Source of the DNA: Nitrosopumilus sp.
GTDB taxonomy: Archaea > Thermoproteota > Nitrososphaeria > Nitrososphaerales > Nitrosopumilaceae
Assembly (NCBI GenBank): GCA_965207075.1
Contig: CBDBLO010000002.1
Span: 448,001-512,000 of the forward strand
Length of the DNA stretch: 64,000 nt
Direction: 5' to 3'
Shown: positions 48,567 to 58,467 of the stretch, piece after piece
Numbering within the stretch: the first letter of the stretch is position 1
Layout of the letters: every line of letters starts with the position of its first letter
Position numbers and translations under genes: made by a program
The notes under the pieces: model-generated
The model's input: only the letters and a program-made list of their open reading frames with translations
Told to the model about the DNA's origin: nothing
Database searches by the model: none

Positions 48567-49645
48567 TGTTGTGCAAAAAGTAGGCCCCCGTAGGATCGGG
48601 CGTACAAGTCAGCTACTAACGGACCGGTCATCAAAGACCGCCCAAAGAGACTGCCGGGTAAGTCACGCCAGCATTTGGACTGGGATCGGGAAGCGGGTCC
48701 CCGCTTCCGGGGCAGCAAAGGATCTTGGAACTTCCACCATGCGCGTGCAGGAGCTGGGCAATACTCCGTACGACTCGGATTATGCGTGCCGATGGGCAGT
48801 TCGCGCTCCTATATGCGAGGGCAGGATAGGCGGTAACCGCACCTGTCAGAGACGGCCGGTCTTGGCCATACTCGCCGCAGGAAGGTTGAGGAGGAGGAGG
48901 AGAAGAAGAAGGAATCGCGATATTAGTTACACCGCGGCATACTGTGTTGAAGAAGGGCGGCGCCGCGGATCCCCCTGCAGCAGGGTCGGAGGTGCAGGCG
49001 GGCGCGTCACTGGCGTGCACCTCGGCACCATGTGACGTGTGGACTGGCACACCACGAAGGATCCGCGCTTTTCAAGCAGAGCCTCGTTACATGCATGGAC
49101 GATGCCCCTGTGCGCGCCACGTATGTGACGCTCCTGGAATCCGTGATGGCTCTCAGGCCTGCAGCTAAGAGGCTTGGCGCACCTGCGTCCGTGCTGTCTG
49201 ACGACGGGCCCTGCCCTGCGGGACAGAATGGCAGAAGAGGGGAAAGGGGGAGGAGGGGAAGGGGGCAGGTCCGTCGTCCTTGGGGGCCGCTTGGGGGCTA
49301 TGCCGCGCCTGGGGGCGGCTCTGGGAGGGACGCGAGGCGCGGCACCGTCCTTGGGGGCCGCTTGGGGGCTATGCCGCGCCGGCTGCTGCCCGGCCGTGCG
49401 GGCAACAGACGGGCGGCAAGCCGGTGCGGTTCCATCGCAGCCTGGAAGCGGAGATCCTCTGATGGCCTCGGGTGGTGCATGGATCTACGACGAGTCGGGG
49501 CTACGCTTCGCTGGATGTCGACGACTACGAGACGTCGCTGGTGCCACTCAGGCACAAGGAATGATCGGGGCGATCAGAAGCATCGATCCCAAGTGGGCGG
49601 GTGACACCTACGACCCTGGGGAAAAGAAGACCCATTTTTCATACA
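48567..49645 (+). mobile_element. Full-length decayed IS481-family element between amoX and amoA
   Basis: Left end TGTTGTGCAAAAAGTAGGCCCC, right end ...ATTTTTCATACA; frameshifted transposase remnants in the expected order: AKDLGTSTMRVQEL, VDWHTTKDPRF, LVTCMDDA, GAPASVLSDDG, ARPCGQQTGGKPVRFHRSLEAEI, SLDVDDYET. Confidence 0.8.
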
Positions 49646-49739
49646 ATGCCCATGATCCTAGGCGGGCCGACTCTCTGTATGACTGGAGTGCGTTCCTGAT
49701 TCTAAAATTTTATATACCTATCCTTAATTCAATAAACCA

Positions 49740-50390
49740 ATGGTCTGGTTAAGACGATGTACACACTACTTGTTCATAGTAGTGGTTGCAGTTAACTCTA
49801 CGCTGCTGACGATTAATGCGGGAGATTACATCTTCTATACTGACTGGGCTTGGACATCGTATACGGTATTCTCAATATCGCAGACGCTGATGCTTGTAGT
49901 TGGTGCTACCTACTATCTTACCTTTACAGGCGTTCCAGGTACGGCCACGTATTACGCGTTAATCATGACCGTGTATACATGGGTCGCCAAGGGGGCATGG
50001 TTTGCGCTCGGCTACCCATACGACTTCATAGTGACGCCAGTCTGGTTGCCGTCGGCAATGTTGCTCGACTTGGTATACTGGGCGACGAAGAAGAACAAGC
50101 ACTCGCTGATACTGTTTGGCGGCGTACTGGTTGGAATGTCGTTACCGCTGTTTAACATGGTGAACCTGATAACGGTAGCCGATCCGCTGGAAACTGCATT
50201 CAAGTATCCGAGGCCGACATTACCGCCGTACATGACGCCAATAGAACCGCAGGTAGGCAAGTTCTACAATAGTCCGGTCGCGTTGGGCGCCGGTGCTGGC
50301 GCGGTGCTGGCGTGTACGTTTGCCGCGTTGGGCTGCAAGCTCAACACGTGGACGTACAGGTGGATGGCCGCTTGGTCAAAGTGGGACTAG
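49740..50390 (+). CDS. amoA: Ammonia monooxygenase subunit A
   Basis: MVWLRRCTHYLFIVVVAVNSTLLTINAGDYIFYTDWAW...WSKWD, 216 aa. Confidence 0.99.
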   Translation: MVWLRRCTHYLFIVVVAVNSTLLTINAGDYIFYTDWAWTSYTVFSISQTLMLVVGATYYLTFTGVPGTATYYALIMTVYTWVAKGAWFALGYPYDFIVTPVWLPSAMLLDLVYWATKKNKHSLILFGGVLVGMSLPLFNMVNLITVADPLETAFKYPRPTLPPYMTPIEPQVGKFYNSPVALGAGAGAVLACTFAALGCKLNTWTYRWMAAWSKWD

Positions 50391-50619
50391 GAGAAATCCC
50401 ACCCCATTTTCATTTTCTCTATTTTTCTTGCTCAGTCGCGCCGTGCGTGCTCGGGCCGGTTGAAAATGCGCGCGCAAAGCGGGATCCGGGGTTATTCTGG
50501 CCGTGAGCCTGCTGTCGATTCGGGTATGAGTTTGAGTCGTGTGTGATTCGTTTTTTTTTACCAATAACTCAACCGTTTTATTTTCAATGTGTAATTACCA
50601 GTGTCCTGATGGCCCGTTG

Positions 50620-51516
50620 ATGCGCAGACAGGTTGCGTCGTCGGGATACCGTCCGAGGCCGTTTGTAAAGTGGGCCGGCGGCAAGCGCCAGATATTGCCC
50701 GCGGTGAGCGGCGGCATGCCGGAGTCGTTTGGCGGGTACTTTGAGCCCTTTCTGGGAGGAGGCGCCCTGTTCTTCCATGTTGCGCCGGCAGGCTCAAAGG
50801 GCGGCAAGGACAGCCGCGACGGCGCGCATCCATTCCACATATCAGACCTGAATCGGGAGCTTGTCTTGGCATATCAGATGATCCGCGACCGTCCTGAGGA
50901 TCTCCTGCGCGCGCTACGCGACCACGAGGCCGGCTACAGGGCGGACCCCGAGTCGTACTATTACAGCGTACGTGACGGCTATGACCCTGGCAGCGCCGGC
51001 GACATCGATACTGCGTCCAGGCTGATATTCCTGAACAAGACGTGCTTTAACGGACTGTACCGCGTCAACAGCCGCGGAAAATTCAACGTGCCGCTTGGCC
51101 GGTATGCAAACCCGACCATAGCCGACGAGCAGAACATACTTGCCGTAAGCGAGATACTGAACCTGAGCAACGTCCACGTATCGTGCGAGGACTTTGGGGC
51201 CGTGGCGCGCAAGGCGCGCAGGGGGGACTTTGTGTACTTTGATCCGCCGTACATGCCGGTCAGCAGGACTGCCAGCTTTACCAGGTACACGTGCGGTGAC
51301 TTTGGGATTGAGGACCAACGGAGGCTGGCCGATCTGTGCGTCACGCTTGACGAGATGGGATGCCACGTGCTGCTGTCAAACTCGGACTCTGGCGTCATAA
51401 GCGAGATGTTTGCAAGGGATGAGTGGACCGTAGAGCGCGTCAGCGCAAGCCGCTGCATCAACTCGGATTCTGGTAGGCGCCTCGGGCATACCGAGCTGCT
51501 GATTAGAAACTATTGA
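50620..51516 (+). CDS. Dam-family (D12) DNA adenine methyltransferase; no adjacent endonuclease
   Basis: KWAGGK, EPFLGGG, FNGLYRVN..G.FNVP, DPPY and ELLI.NY motifs. Confidence 0.92.
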   Translation: MRRQVASSGYRPRPFVKWAGGKRQILPAVSGGMPESFGGYFEPFLGGGALFFHVAPAGSKGGKDSRDGAHPFHISDLNRELVLAYQMIRDRPEDLLRALRDHEAGYRADPESYYYSVRDGYDPGSAGDIDTASRLIFLNKTCFNGLYRVNSRGKFNVPLGRYANPTIADEQNILAVSEILNLSNVHVSCEDFGAVARKARRGDFVYFDPPYMPVSRTASFTRYTCGDFGIEDQRRLADLCVTLDEMGCHVLLSNSDSGVISEMFARDEWTVERVSASRCINSDSGRRLGHTELLIRNY

Positions 51517-51635
51517 CGCCTTGGCGGGCTGACCGCCTTGTCGCCCGGCTGCCCGCATGCGGTTTTCCAGATGGTGGCAGCTGCAGTCTGTCGCGGCCGG
51601 GGCATGGCGCGGAGCTGTGATTGTGGTAATAATAA

Positions 51636-51712
51636 TGGAGCTTCGAACGGGATCCGGACCCGCGACCTTTACCTTACCAAGGTAACGCTCTACCAGGCTG
51701 AGCTATCGAAGC
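51636..51712 (-). tRNA. tRNA-Thr(GGT), CCA encoded
   Basis: Reverse complement GCTTCGATAGCTCAGCCTGGTAGAGCG-TTACC-TTGGTAA-GGTAA...TCGAAGCTCCA forms a cloverleaf. Confidence 0.95.
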
Positions 51713-51997
51713 ACGTCTCATGCGCGGTATAAATCCTTATAATTCTATTCTGATACCCGCGGCCGCGAACCGCGGGGCGTCTGGAGCACGCCACTGGAAA
51801 GGCCGGCTCGTGCCATCTGGAACCGATCGTGCACCCGTGGCTCCCTCGAGTCTGGCCGCCTTGTGCCGGTTGGCTGCGCAGCCTATGCATGGCCGCCTCA
51901 CCCCTCTGGCGGATCGCAGCAAGCACACGCAGTGTGGGAAAGCTCCGTGCCCCTCCTATGAGCCAAGCTATTTAACACAAAGGGGCGGAGTCGCCGC

Positions 51998-52663
51998 GTG
52001 AGCGTCGTAATAGGCCAGAGGGCCCCGAACTTCGAGGTCTCTGAATGGGTGCAGGGCATGCCCACCAACTTCGACCAAGAAAATGACCACATCGTGCTGC
52101 TCGAGGTCTTCCAGGTGAACTGCCCGGGGTGCTTTATGCACGCCATACCCGAGGCAATCCAGGTATATCACAAGTATGCCGACGAAGGGGTCAGGGTCGT
52201 AGGGCTTGCAACGGCCTTTGAGGACTTTGAGCTGAACACGGTGGAGAACCTGAGGATGCTTGCCGAGACAGGAGAGGTGGTGGGCGAGACCAAAAGGATG
52301 CTTGCGGCATATGGGCAGCTTGCAGAAGGCTCCCGGTACAGGCACAAGATACCCTTTCCGCTTGCCATGGACAAACTCACAAGGATGGAGGGCGAGGTGG
52401 GACAGGATCAGATCATGCAGATCATCCGCCCGCAGGTTCCAGACTTTGAGTCGCAGTCACCAGAGTATCAGCAGCAGATCATACAGAGGGTCAGGGACTA
52501 TCTAAAGACAAAGGAGTATTCTGCAGAGACGTTTGAAAAGTTTGGACTGCGCGGGACGCCGTCGACCATACTGGTGGACCGGGATGGAGTGCTCCGCCAC
52601 GTCTCATTTGGGCAGTCAGGGCACCTCGACGGACTGATCAGGGGACTGCTTGACAAGGACTAG
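51998..52663 (+). CDS. AhpC/TSA/TlpA-like thioredoxin-fold protein
   Basis: FQVNCPGC and GTPS.ILVDRDG motifs. Confidence 0.88.
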   Translation: MSVVIGQRAPNFEVSEWVQGMPTNFDQENDHIVLLEVFQVNCPGCFMHAIPEAIQVYHKYADEGVRVVGLATAFEDFELNTVENLRMLAETGEVVGETKRMLAAYGQLAEGSRYRHKIPFPLAMDKLTRMEGEVGQDQIMQIIRPQVPDFESQSPEYQQQIIQRVRDYLKTKEYSAETFEKFGLRGTPSTILVDRDGVLRHVSFGQSGHLDGLIRGLLDKD

Positions 52664-52782
52664 GTCGCCATTAGAAAGAGGAAGACGGACAGGGCCGCCA
52701 CTATTGCAAACCCCCCGATCAGCGCAACCTTGGCAGGATCCATTGCTTGTCACCTGCGTGCGCGCCGCCCAATAAAACGCCT

Positions 52783-53865
52783 CTACTCGGCTCCGCGTGT
52801 CCGGCGCACGGCAGGGGCCGCCGCGTGCGACGTGCGGGATGACAAGCAAGACTGCAAGCGGGCGAGGACGACGGCAGGAACAGCCGCATAGATGCCGATG
52901 TTGAGCAGTATCAGGAGAGAACCGTACGCCAGCACCTGCACCTCGGAGCCCGCCTCGGCATGGCTCATGATCTCAAGTGAGAGTAGCATGGGGGTTAGAA
53001 GCACCCTGACCGCACCCATAAGGGACGGGTTCTCGCGCATGTAGTCTGCGACGTGCGGGCTGAACGAATAGTACGCAGAGTTAAAGGCGTCCATAAATGC
53101 GCGGCCGGATTCGGTGCTGGAGACCTTTGAGTCCCTAACCTCCCGCAAAAGCTGCACACGATGGTCAAGTTCGGAGCCAAAGGCCGCGGTTGCAACGAGG
53201 CAGCCTCCACCATTGTCGTGGCTGACATCCCCGGTACTGCCGCCGCCGCCCACGTCGCCATCGCTGTTCCCGCCGCCCTGCCCGTCTGGCGGCAGAACGC
53301 CGGCAGTCTCTGACACCGATGTCTTGGTGCCCGTAATCTCGATCGTGCGCCCTGCCCTGTCGGCGCCGTCCTTGACATCGCCGCCGCCCCCTTCAAACAC
53401 CAATACCAGGAGCGAGATCGTATCAGTCGACCTGACTTGAGTATCGACCGGCAGGCCATCTACGCTTGCCCCGAGATGTCCGGACAAAAGCCCCGCGGGC
53501 ATTACGATCTCCGCAATGCTTTCAGAGAGTACGGCCCCCGTCTGCAGCACCAGCTTCTTGTCGGCCGCGGCAAACTCGTAGCCCACAATGTCAAAGTTCG
53601 ACGTTATGACGACCTCAAAGGTCTGGCCCCCCGCGGCGGCAATCTCGATGCGGTTCACCAGCCCCGTACTGTCCGAGAGCAGCTGCGCGTCAGACACGCC
53701 GGGGGCGCTCAGAGCGAGTGCCGCCGCAAGCAGCGCGGGCAGAAGCATCCACACAAACGTGCCGCAGGAATGCCGGCGAGTCACGCCGGAAAGACGGGCC
53801 TTTGCGCACGCGGCGATCAGTGGCAAGCGCACAAAACCCCGATTGGACGTCCGCATGCCAATCAT
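52783..53865 (-). CDS. CFI-box-CTERM surface protein
   Basis: Signal peptide; GGGCLVATAAFGSEL..VQLLRE.RD...FN..YYSFSP.VA, then TM helices; start uncertain. Confidence 0.82.
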   Translation of the reverse strand: MIGMRTSNRGFVRLPLIAACAKARLSGVTRRHSCGTFVWMLLPALLAAALALSAPGVSDAQLLSDSTGLVNRIEIAAAGGQTFEVVITSNFDIVGYEFAAADKKLVLQTGAVLSESIAEIVMPAGLLSGHLGASVDGLPVDTQVRSTDTISLLVLVFEGGGGDVKDGADRAGRTIEITGTKTSVSETAGVLPPDGQGGGNSDGDVGGGGSTGDVSHDNGGGCLVATAAFGSELDHRVQLLREVRDSKVSSTESGRAFMDAFNSAYYSFSPHVADYMRENPSLMGAVRVLLTPMLLSLEIMSHAEAGSEVQVLAYGSLLILLNIGIYAAVPAVVLARLQSCLSSRTSHAAAPAVRRTRGAE

Positions 53866-54317
53866 GCGGCCGCCGGTACTCTACGGTTCAACTCTTTGTC
53901 ACCCATGATCCGCGGGTGCATGGGATCGGCCAGGATCATCTCGAACCAGTAGTGTATGCCGTCCTTGTAGATGAAGTACGAGCCGAGAAGACTCATGTTC
54001 GGATACCGCTCAAGCACCCTGCGCTCTGCTACGGTCTTCATGCTGTCGTCTGCCTTTATCCGGGTCACGCCAAGGTGCTTTGGCCTTCGGCCGCCCCTCG
54101 GCCTCTGCTTGCGCATGCCGCCCGTCCCGACCCTCATGCGCACCGTAATGATGCCCTGTTTTGCCTTGTACCCGAGCCTCCGCGCCCTCTCGGGGCGACT
54201 GGGCTTTTCAATGCGCGTGATTGCGTTCTGCTTGCGCCACAGCACGACGCGCTGGCGAAGTTCCGGCGCGTTCTCACGCCAGAGGCGTATCCACGTTCTA
54301 TCCTGATATGAGGGCAT
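53862..54317 (-). CDS. rpl15e: 50S ribosomal protein L15e
   Basis: RARRLGYKAKQG, GRRPK and YWFE.IL.DP.HP motifs. Confidence 0.95.
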   Translation of the reverse strand: MPSYQDRTWIRLWRENAPELRQRVVLWRKQNAITRIEKPSRPERARRLGYKAKQGIITVRMRVGTGGMRKQRPRGGRRPKHLGVTRIKADDSMKTVAERRVLERYPNMSLLGSYFIYKDGIHYWFEMILADPMHPRIMGDKELNRRVPAAA

Positions 54318-54782
54318 GTCGTGCGTGCCAGACATCCCTTTAATAATTGATCTCAGAGGCGGACGTGTAGACTCGTGTCCCCTGTCTGTAAAGCCTGAGG
54401 TGCGGTGTGGCTGGCATGGTGTTCGGTGGACGGGTCCGTGTACAGGTGCCGTTGCCAGGCAAGTCCGCCTTCCCTGATTGTAAGGTCGGGCGCAAAAGTT
54501 TGGGGGCAACGTCCTAGGCGATCCTCGTCGATCGCGCCAATTCGCACGCTGCTGTCTTGGTGCCCAAAGAAGAGTTCTAGCAGGGCTGGGCTGGAAGGCG
54601 CTGCGAGCGCAGACATGTGAGCGCCACCGCCGTGTATGTGAAGCGCCTGCCTCCAACTTGCCCGCATTGGTCCGGGGGGGGGGGTGGGAATGGGTGGGTG
54701 GCCGGGACGATGGGCGTGCGCGCCGCTCAGGTCAGAGCCGGACTCAATCAGATTTAATTGAGGTTTCAGGCGGGCCCACCAC

Positions 54783-55586
54783 ATGAAACCGGGCGCAGAA
54801 ACCCGCAATCACGGTCTCGCCCACGTGCGTGCAGCGTCACATTCTGCACGCGTACGGGCCGCCGCCGTTATTGTAGTGGCAGTGGCTGCGGCAGTAGTGG
54901 TTGGAACTATGCCGGCCTCGTTTGCGCAGACGATCCCCCCAGAAGAGGGGCCCGACATCGCCATATCCATGGGAAAGCCGGCATACCAGTACTGTGATAT
55001 GCTCTCGTATGTCATATCGGTCTCAGAGGTCACGGGCCAGGCGGCCACGTCGTACATTATCGACGAGGATGGGAAGAGCAGCCAGGCGATCCCGATCTCC
55101 ATAAGCATGCAGGAAACCGAGATAAGGGCGCCGTTCCCGTTTGAGAGGGCAATATTTCCGGCCGGCACGTACACCATAAGCATAGAGTACTCGGGCGCCC
55201 GCGCGTCCGCGGACTTTAAGTTGGTGGACTCGGAGATCACCTGTCTTCCAAGCCAGCTCCGGCAGATCACCGCCGCATGGCTGTCCGGAACGTTCCATGA
55301 CGGATTTCTGATCGACTCGATAAAAAAATCCGTGGACAGCAGCGTAATCGACGTGCCGTTTGAGATCGAGCGCGACACCATATACAGCATCATGATACCC
55401 GAGTGGGTAAAGACGGCGGCGTACTGGTGGGTGACTGGCGAGATATCCGACGACACAATGGCGGGAATGCTGGACTATCTGCTAGAATCCGGTACGATAT
55501 CCATGCAGGCAGAGTATGATGATGATGATGATGGAAGAGGGGTGTCAGACGAAGGCCAGTCCGAGCACGGGGGCAGCGAGACCTGA
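54783..55586 (+). CDS. Secreted protein with IP.WVK..A.WW..G.ISD motif
   Basis: Signal peptide, Ig-like segment and a C-terminal motif I recall from thaumarchaeal surface proteins. Confidence 0.75.
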   Translation: MKPGAETRNHGLAHVRAASHSARVRAAAVIVVAVAAAVVVGTMPASFAQTIPPEEGPDIAISMGKPAYQYCDMLSYVISVSEVTGQAATSYIIDEDGKSSQAIPISISMQETEIRAPFPFERAIFPAGTYTISIEYSGARASADFKLVDSEITCLPSQLRQITAAWLSGTFHDGFLIDSIKKSVDSSVIDVPFEIERDTIYSIMIPEWVKTAAYWWVTGEISDDTMAGMLDYLLESGTISMQAEYDDDDDGRGVSDEGQSEHGGSET

Positions 55587-55597
55587 CGGTGGGTGCG

Positions 55598-56113
55598 ATG
55601 GACAAGCATGCCATAATCACCGCGGTGGCGATCGCCGTCATTGCAGCTCCGTTTGCAGTGTCAGCTGCAAACATTGTTGGCGCAGAGCAGATGCAGTACC
55701 GGTGGGACTCGCCAGGAATGTTCTCGTTTTTCAAGATGGCGACTGGCGGGAGCCTGGAGTTCTGCAATACCTTGCCGTTTTGGACAAGCATTGAACGACT
55801 CGAGGTTACGGCATACTATCAGGGGAAGGACATCGGCACATACACCGTGGGGCCCGTCAGTATGGACCCGCTTGCATCCGACGTGTACGAGGGCACGTTC
55901 AGATCAGAGCAGGTGGCCAGCTCGCATCAGATGTTCATGGCAGTAGACTTTGGGATCAGTAACGGGGAATTTAGGGTCGACCCCGGGCAGATTGTACTCA
56001 CAACCCAGACATATACGCCCATACTGGGGCTGATTCCATACCACGCCACCTCGCAGATGTCGGCGCTCGAGTTTGACCGTGCCATGAGGGCGGCCGATCT
56101 GGCCTGCGATTAG
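55598..56113 (+). CDS. Membrane-anchored hypothetical protein
   Basis: N-terminal TM helix, clean ORF closely following the previous gene. Confidence 0.7.
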   Translation: MDKHAIITAVAIAVIAAPFAVSAANIVGAEQMQYRWDSPGMFSFFKMATGGSLEFCNTLPFWTSIERLEVTAYYQGKDIGTYTVGPVSMDPLASDVYEGTFRSEQVASSHQMFMAVDFGISNGEFRVDPGQIVLTTQTYTPILGLIPYHATSQMSALEFDRAMRAADLACD

Positions 56114-57153
56114 CGCTTGCGCCTGTTTGCCCGGTATATGAGGGCCAGTATCACTCCGATGATTCCTGCAGCCAGAAATCCGCCGGCCGTGCCGAATACC
56201 AAGTCTCTGTATGTCGGGCCGCTGACGTCTGCACGCGCGTCGCTGTCGCCGTTCTGGGGCGCAAGCGTGGTGTCAGACTCCGACTCCTGCTCTGTGTCAG
56301 ACTCCGACGTCCCCTCAAGCATGCACACGCCATCCACCAACACGGTTCCAGGCCCGCATACGGTGGAGGGTTCGCCGGACTCCGGCCCGTCCTCCGGCGC
56401 TCCCTCAAGCATGCACACGCCATCCACCAACACGGTTCCAGGCCCGCATACGGTGGAGGGTTCGCCGGACTCCGGCCCGTCCTCCGCCGCCTGTGGCGGC
56501 ACTTCGCCTGGCGTATCGGCCCCGTCCGGCACTTCGCCTGCCTCAGACGGCATGCTGCCGGTCACGTCGCTGTCGCCGCTGCCATCATCCACGGCAACGT
56601 CACCTGTGACATCCTCCGGAGAATCCGTCACCTGGTCCGGCGCGGTACTGTCGCCGCCTATAGCCTCGTCACCGGGCGCGCCTGCATCGGCCACGCCCGG
56701 ACTCGGATCCTGGGCCGTCGACGAATCGCCGTCTGGGACTGCATCCTCGGCCACGTCGCGGGCCGAGAGATAGATATCAATAGACTCAATCCCGACAGGC
56801 AGGTTAGTTATCGTCATGTTTCTCCCCGACATCTCAAAAGAGTCGTGCAGCCCCACGTCCGTGATTACGTCAAGCTGGTAGCCGTCAGGATCAAACACCG
56901 GATCAAACAGGGGGTCTGCAAGGAATATGGTCAGCGCGCGATCCCCCGCGTCATCCGTAAACTCTATCGATATGGAGAGGAACGGGAAATCCAACAGCTC
57001 GGCGCCCGTGACGTCCAGCCCGGATGATTCGTACTCGAGCACCTCGGGGCCCACGTCGGACATGTCAGAGCGTGCATCGGACAGGTCCACGGCCTGTGCG
57101 TATGCGGAAGAAGAGGCGGCCAGTAACAACACGACTGCGGCGCACGCCAGCAT
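56110..57153 (-). CDS. Acidic surface protein with two CGPGTVLVDGVC modules and a C-terminal TM anchor
   Basis: Signal ending AYA, D/S/P/G-rich linker, 85-bp exact duplication (56312-56396 / 56402-56486), TM helix plus basic tail; start uncertain. Confidence 0.78.
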   Translation of the reverse strand: MLACAAVVLLLAASSSAYAQAVDLSDARSDMSDVGPEVLEYESSGLDVTGAELLDFPFLSISIEFTDDAGDRALTIFLADPLFDPVFDPDGYQLDVITDVGLHDSFEMSGRNMTITNLPVGIESIDIYLSARDVAEDAVPDGDSSTAQDPSPGVADAGAPGDEAIGGDSTAPDQVTDSPEDVTGDVAVDDGSGDSDVTGSMPSEAGEVPDGADTPGEVPPQAAEDGPESGEPSTVCGPGTVLVDGVCMLEGAPEDGPESGEPSTVCGPGTVLVDGVCMLEGTSESDTEQESESDTTLAPQNGDSDARADVSGPTYRDLVFGTAGGFLAAGIIGVILALIYRANRRKR

Positions 57154-57355
57154 GACGGCAGGCAGCGCACGCGTGTGCAGAGGTGGCAGCCTGCAAGGAA
57201 GCGCACGTGCACGACAATCCGCATGGCCCAATAGCGGTGAGGTGGCAAAGTTATTGTTAAAAGTATTGATTGCATGAAAGCTGGCGCGCCATGCCTCGAG
57301 CGGCACGACGCGCACGTCTGCATGTGTTGGCGTTGATGTAGTCACGACTGTGCCG

Positions 57356-58288
57356 TCATATGACGCCGCGCAATATCTGGACTATCTTCTCGCCCGTGAC
57401 GTTGGCCGCGAGCGACTGGGCCTCTTTTGTCTGGGCGCCTATGTGCGGGGTCATGACCACGTTGTCAAGCTCGGCAAGGCGGCTTCCTACCGCGGGCTCC
57501 TCCTCAAAGACGTCCAGCCCGGCCCCGCCCAGCGTCCCGGAGGACAGCGCCTCGTACAGCGCGTCCTCGTCTACCACGCCGCCCCTGGACGCGTTGATCA
57601 ACACTGCGGTATTCTTCATAGTCGACATCTTTTGCGCGTCAATCATGTGGCGCGTGGAGTCGAGCAGCGGCACGTGCAGCGACACATAATCGGAGCTCTT
57701 CAAGAGCGTGTCAAGATCGGCCTTTATCAGCCCGACCTCCTTTGCAAACTCCTCGTCTATCGGGATCACGTCGTACCCTATTATGTTCATGTTCAGGGCC
57801 CGGGCGAGCCTTCCAAGCCTCTTTCCAATGTTACCCAGCCCCACTATTCCCAGGTACTTGCCGCGCAGCTCGGTGCCCTTTAGCTCCTTTTTGAGCCATT
57901 TTCCGTCCCTGATGGCCCTGTCCGCACGGGCCGTATGGCGCGCGAGCGAGAGCATCATGCCCAGTACAAGTTCGGCAACTGCGTTCATGGCGCCCTCCAC
58001 AGCGTTTACCACGCGTATGCCCTTCTCCCTTGCCGCGTCCTGATCTATGTTGTCCAGTCCGACCCCCACCCGTGCTATTATCTTGCATCGAGACGCCCGC
58101 TCTATCATCTGCCGCGTTATTGTGGTGCGGCTCCTGACCACGACAATCTCAAAGTCCTGTATGCGCTCCAGAATCTGGTCCGGCCTTATCTCGGGCTCGT
58201 ACGAGACGCGCACGCCGTTGTCCCCGAGTATCTTCTGCAGTATGGGATCAACCTCGTCGCATATCAGCGCTCTTCCATCAAGTCCCAT
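57356..58288 (-). CDS. serA: D-3-phosphoglycerate dehydrogenase
   Basis: RVGVGLDNID, AVAE, GLGNIG, INASRG, DVF..EP and TPHIGA motifs. Confidence 0.88.
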   Translation of the reverse strand: MGLDGRALICDEVDPILQKILGDNGVRVSYEPEIRPDQILERIQDFEIVVVRSRTTITRQMIERASRCKIIARVGVGLDNIDQDAAREKGIRVVNAVEGAMNAVAELVLGMMLSLARHTARADRAIRDGKWLKKELKGTELRGKYLGIVGLGNIGKRLGRLARALNMNIIGYDVIPIDEEFAKEVGLIKADLDTLLKSSDYVSLHVPLLDSTRHMIDAQKMSTMKNTAVLINASRGGVVDEDALYEALSSGTLGGAGLDVFEEEPAVGSRLAELDNVVMTPHIGAQTKEAQSLAANVTGEKIVQILRGVI

Positions 58289-58430
58289 GCCGGCGCTGAG
58301 CATCTGCAAAATATAACTTGTATGCGTGCCGCGGGTCGGCGGCGCATGCAAGATCACACCGCGGGGGCGTGACCGGCGGCCACGGCTCCAAGTGTGACAC
58401 GCGCCGCGGGTCGGCGGCGCGCCGCCGCTG

Positions 58431-58458
58431 AAAAATAAAATAAAAATAAAATAAAAAG
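58431..58458 (-). terminator. T-rich terminator of nirK
   Basis: (TTTTA)n tract on the minus strand immediately after the nirK stop. Confidence 0.55.
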
Positions 58459-58467
58459 AGTGCTGTT

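Noticed and set aside
49275-49380. Two 35-bp direct repeats separated by 36 bp as a mini-CRISPR
   Set aside because: Only two G-rich copies, the spacer resembles the repeat, and it sits inside the decayed IS481; a local duplication is more likely.
48484-49752. ORFs of 139-192 aa between amoX and amoA as new AMO-associated genes
   Set aside because: They are fragments of the frameshifted IS481 transposase plus G-rich expansions.
58328-58420. 18-bp direct repeat GCCGCGGGTCGGCGGCGC between serA and nirK
   Set aside because: Only two GC-rich copies with no further structure; most likely a local duplication.
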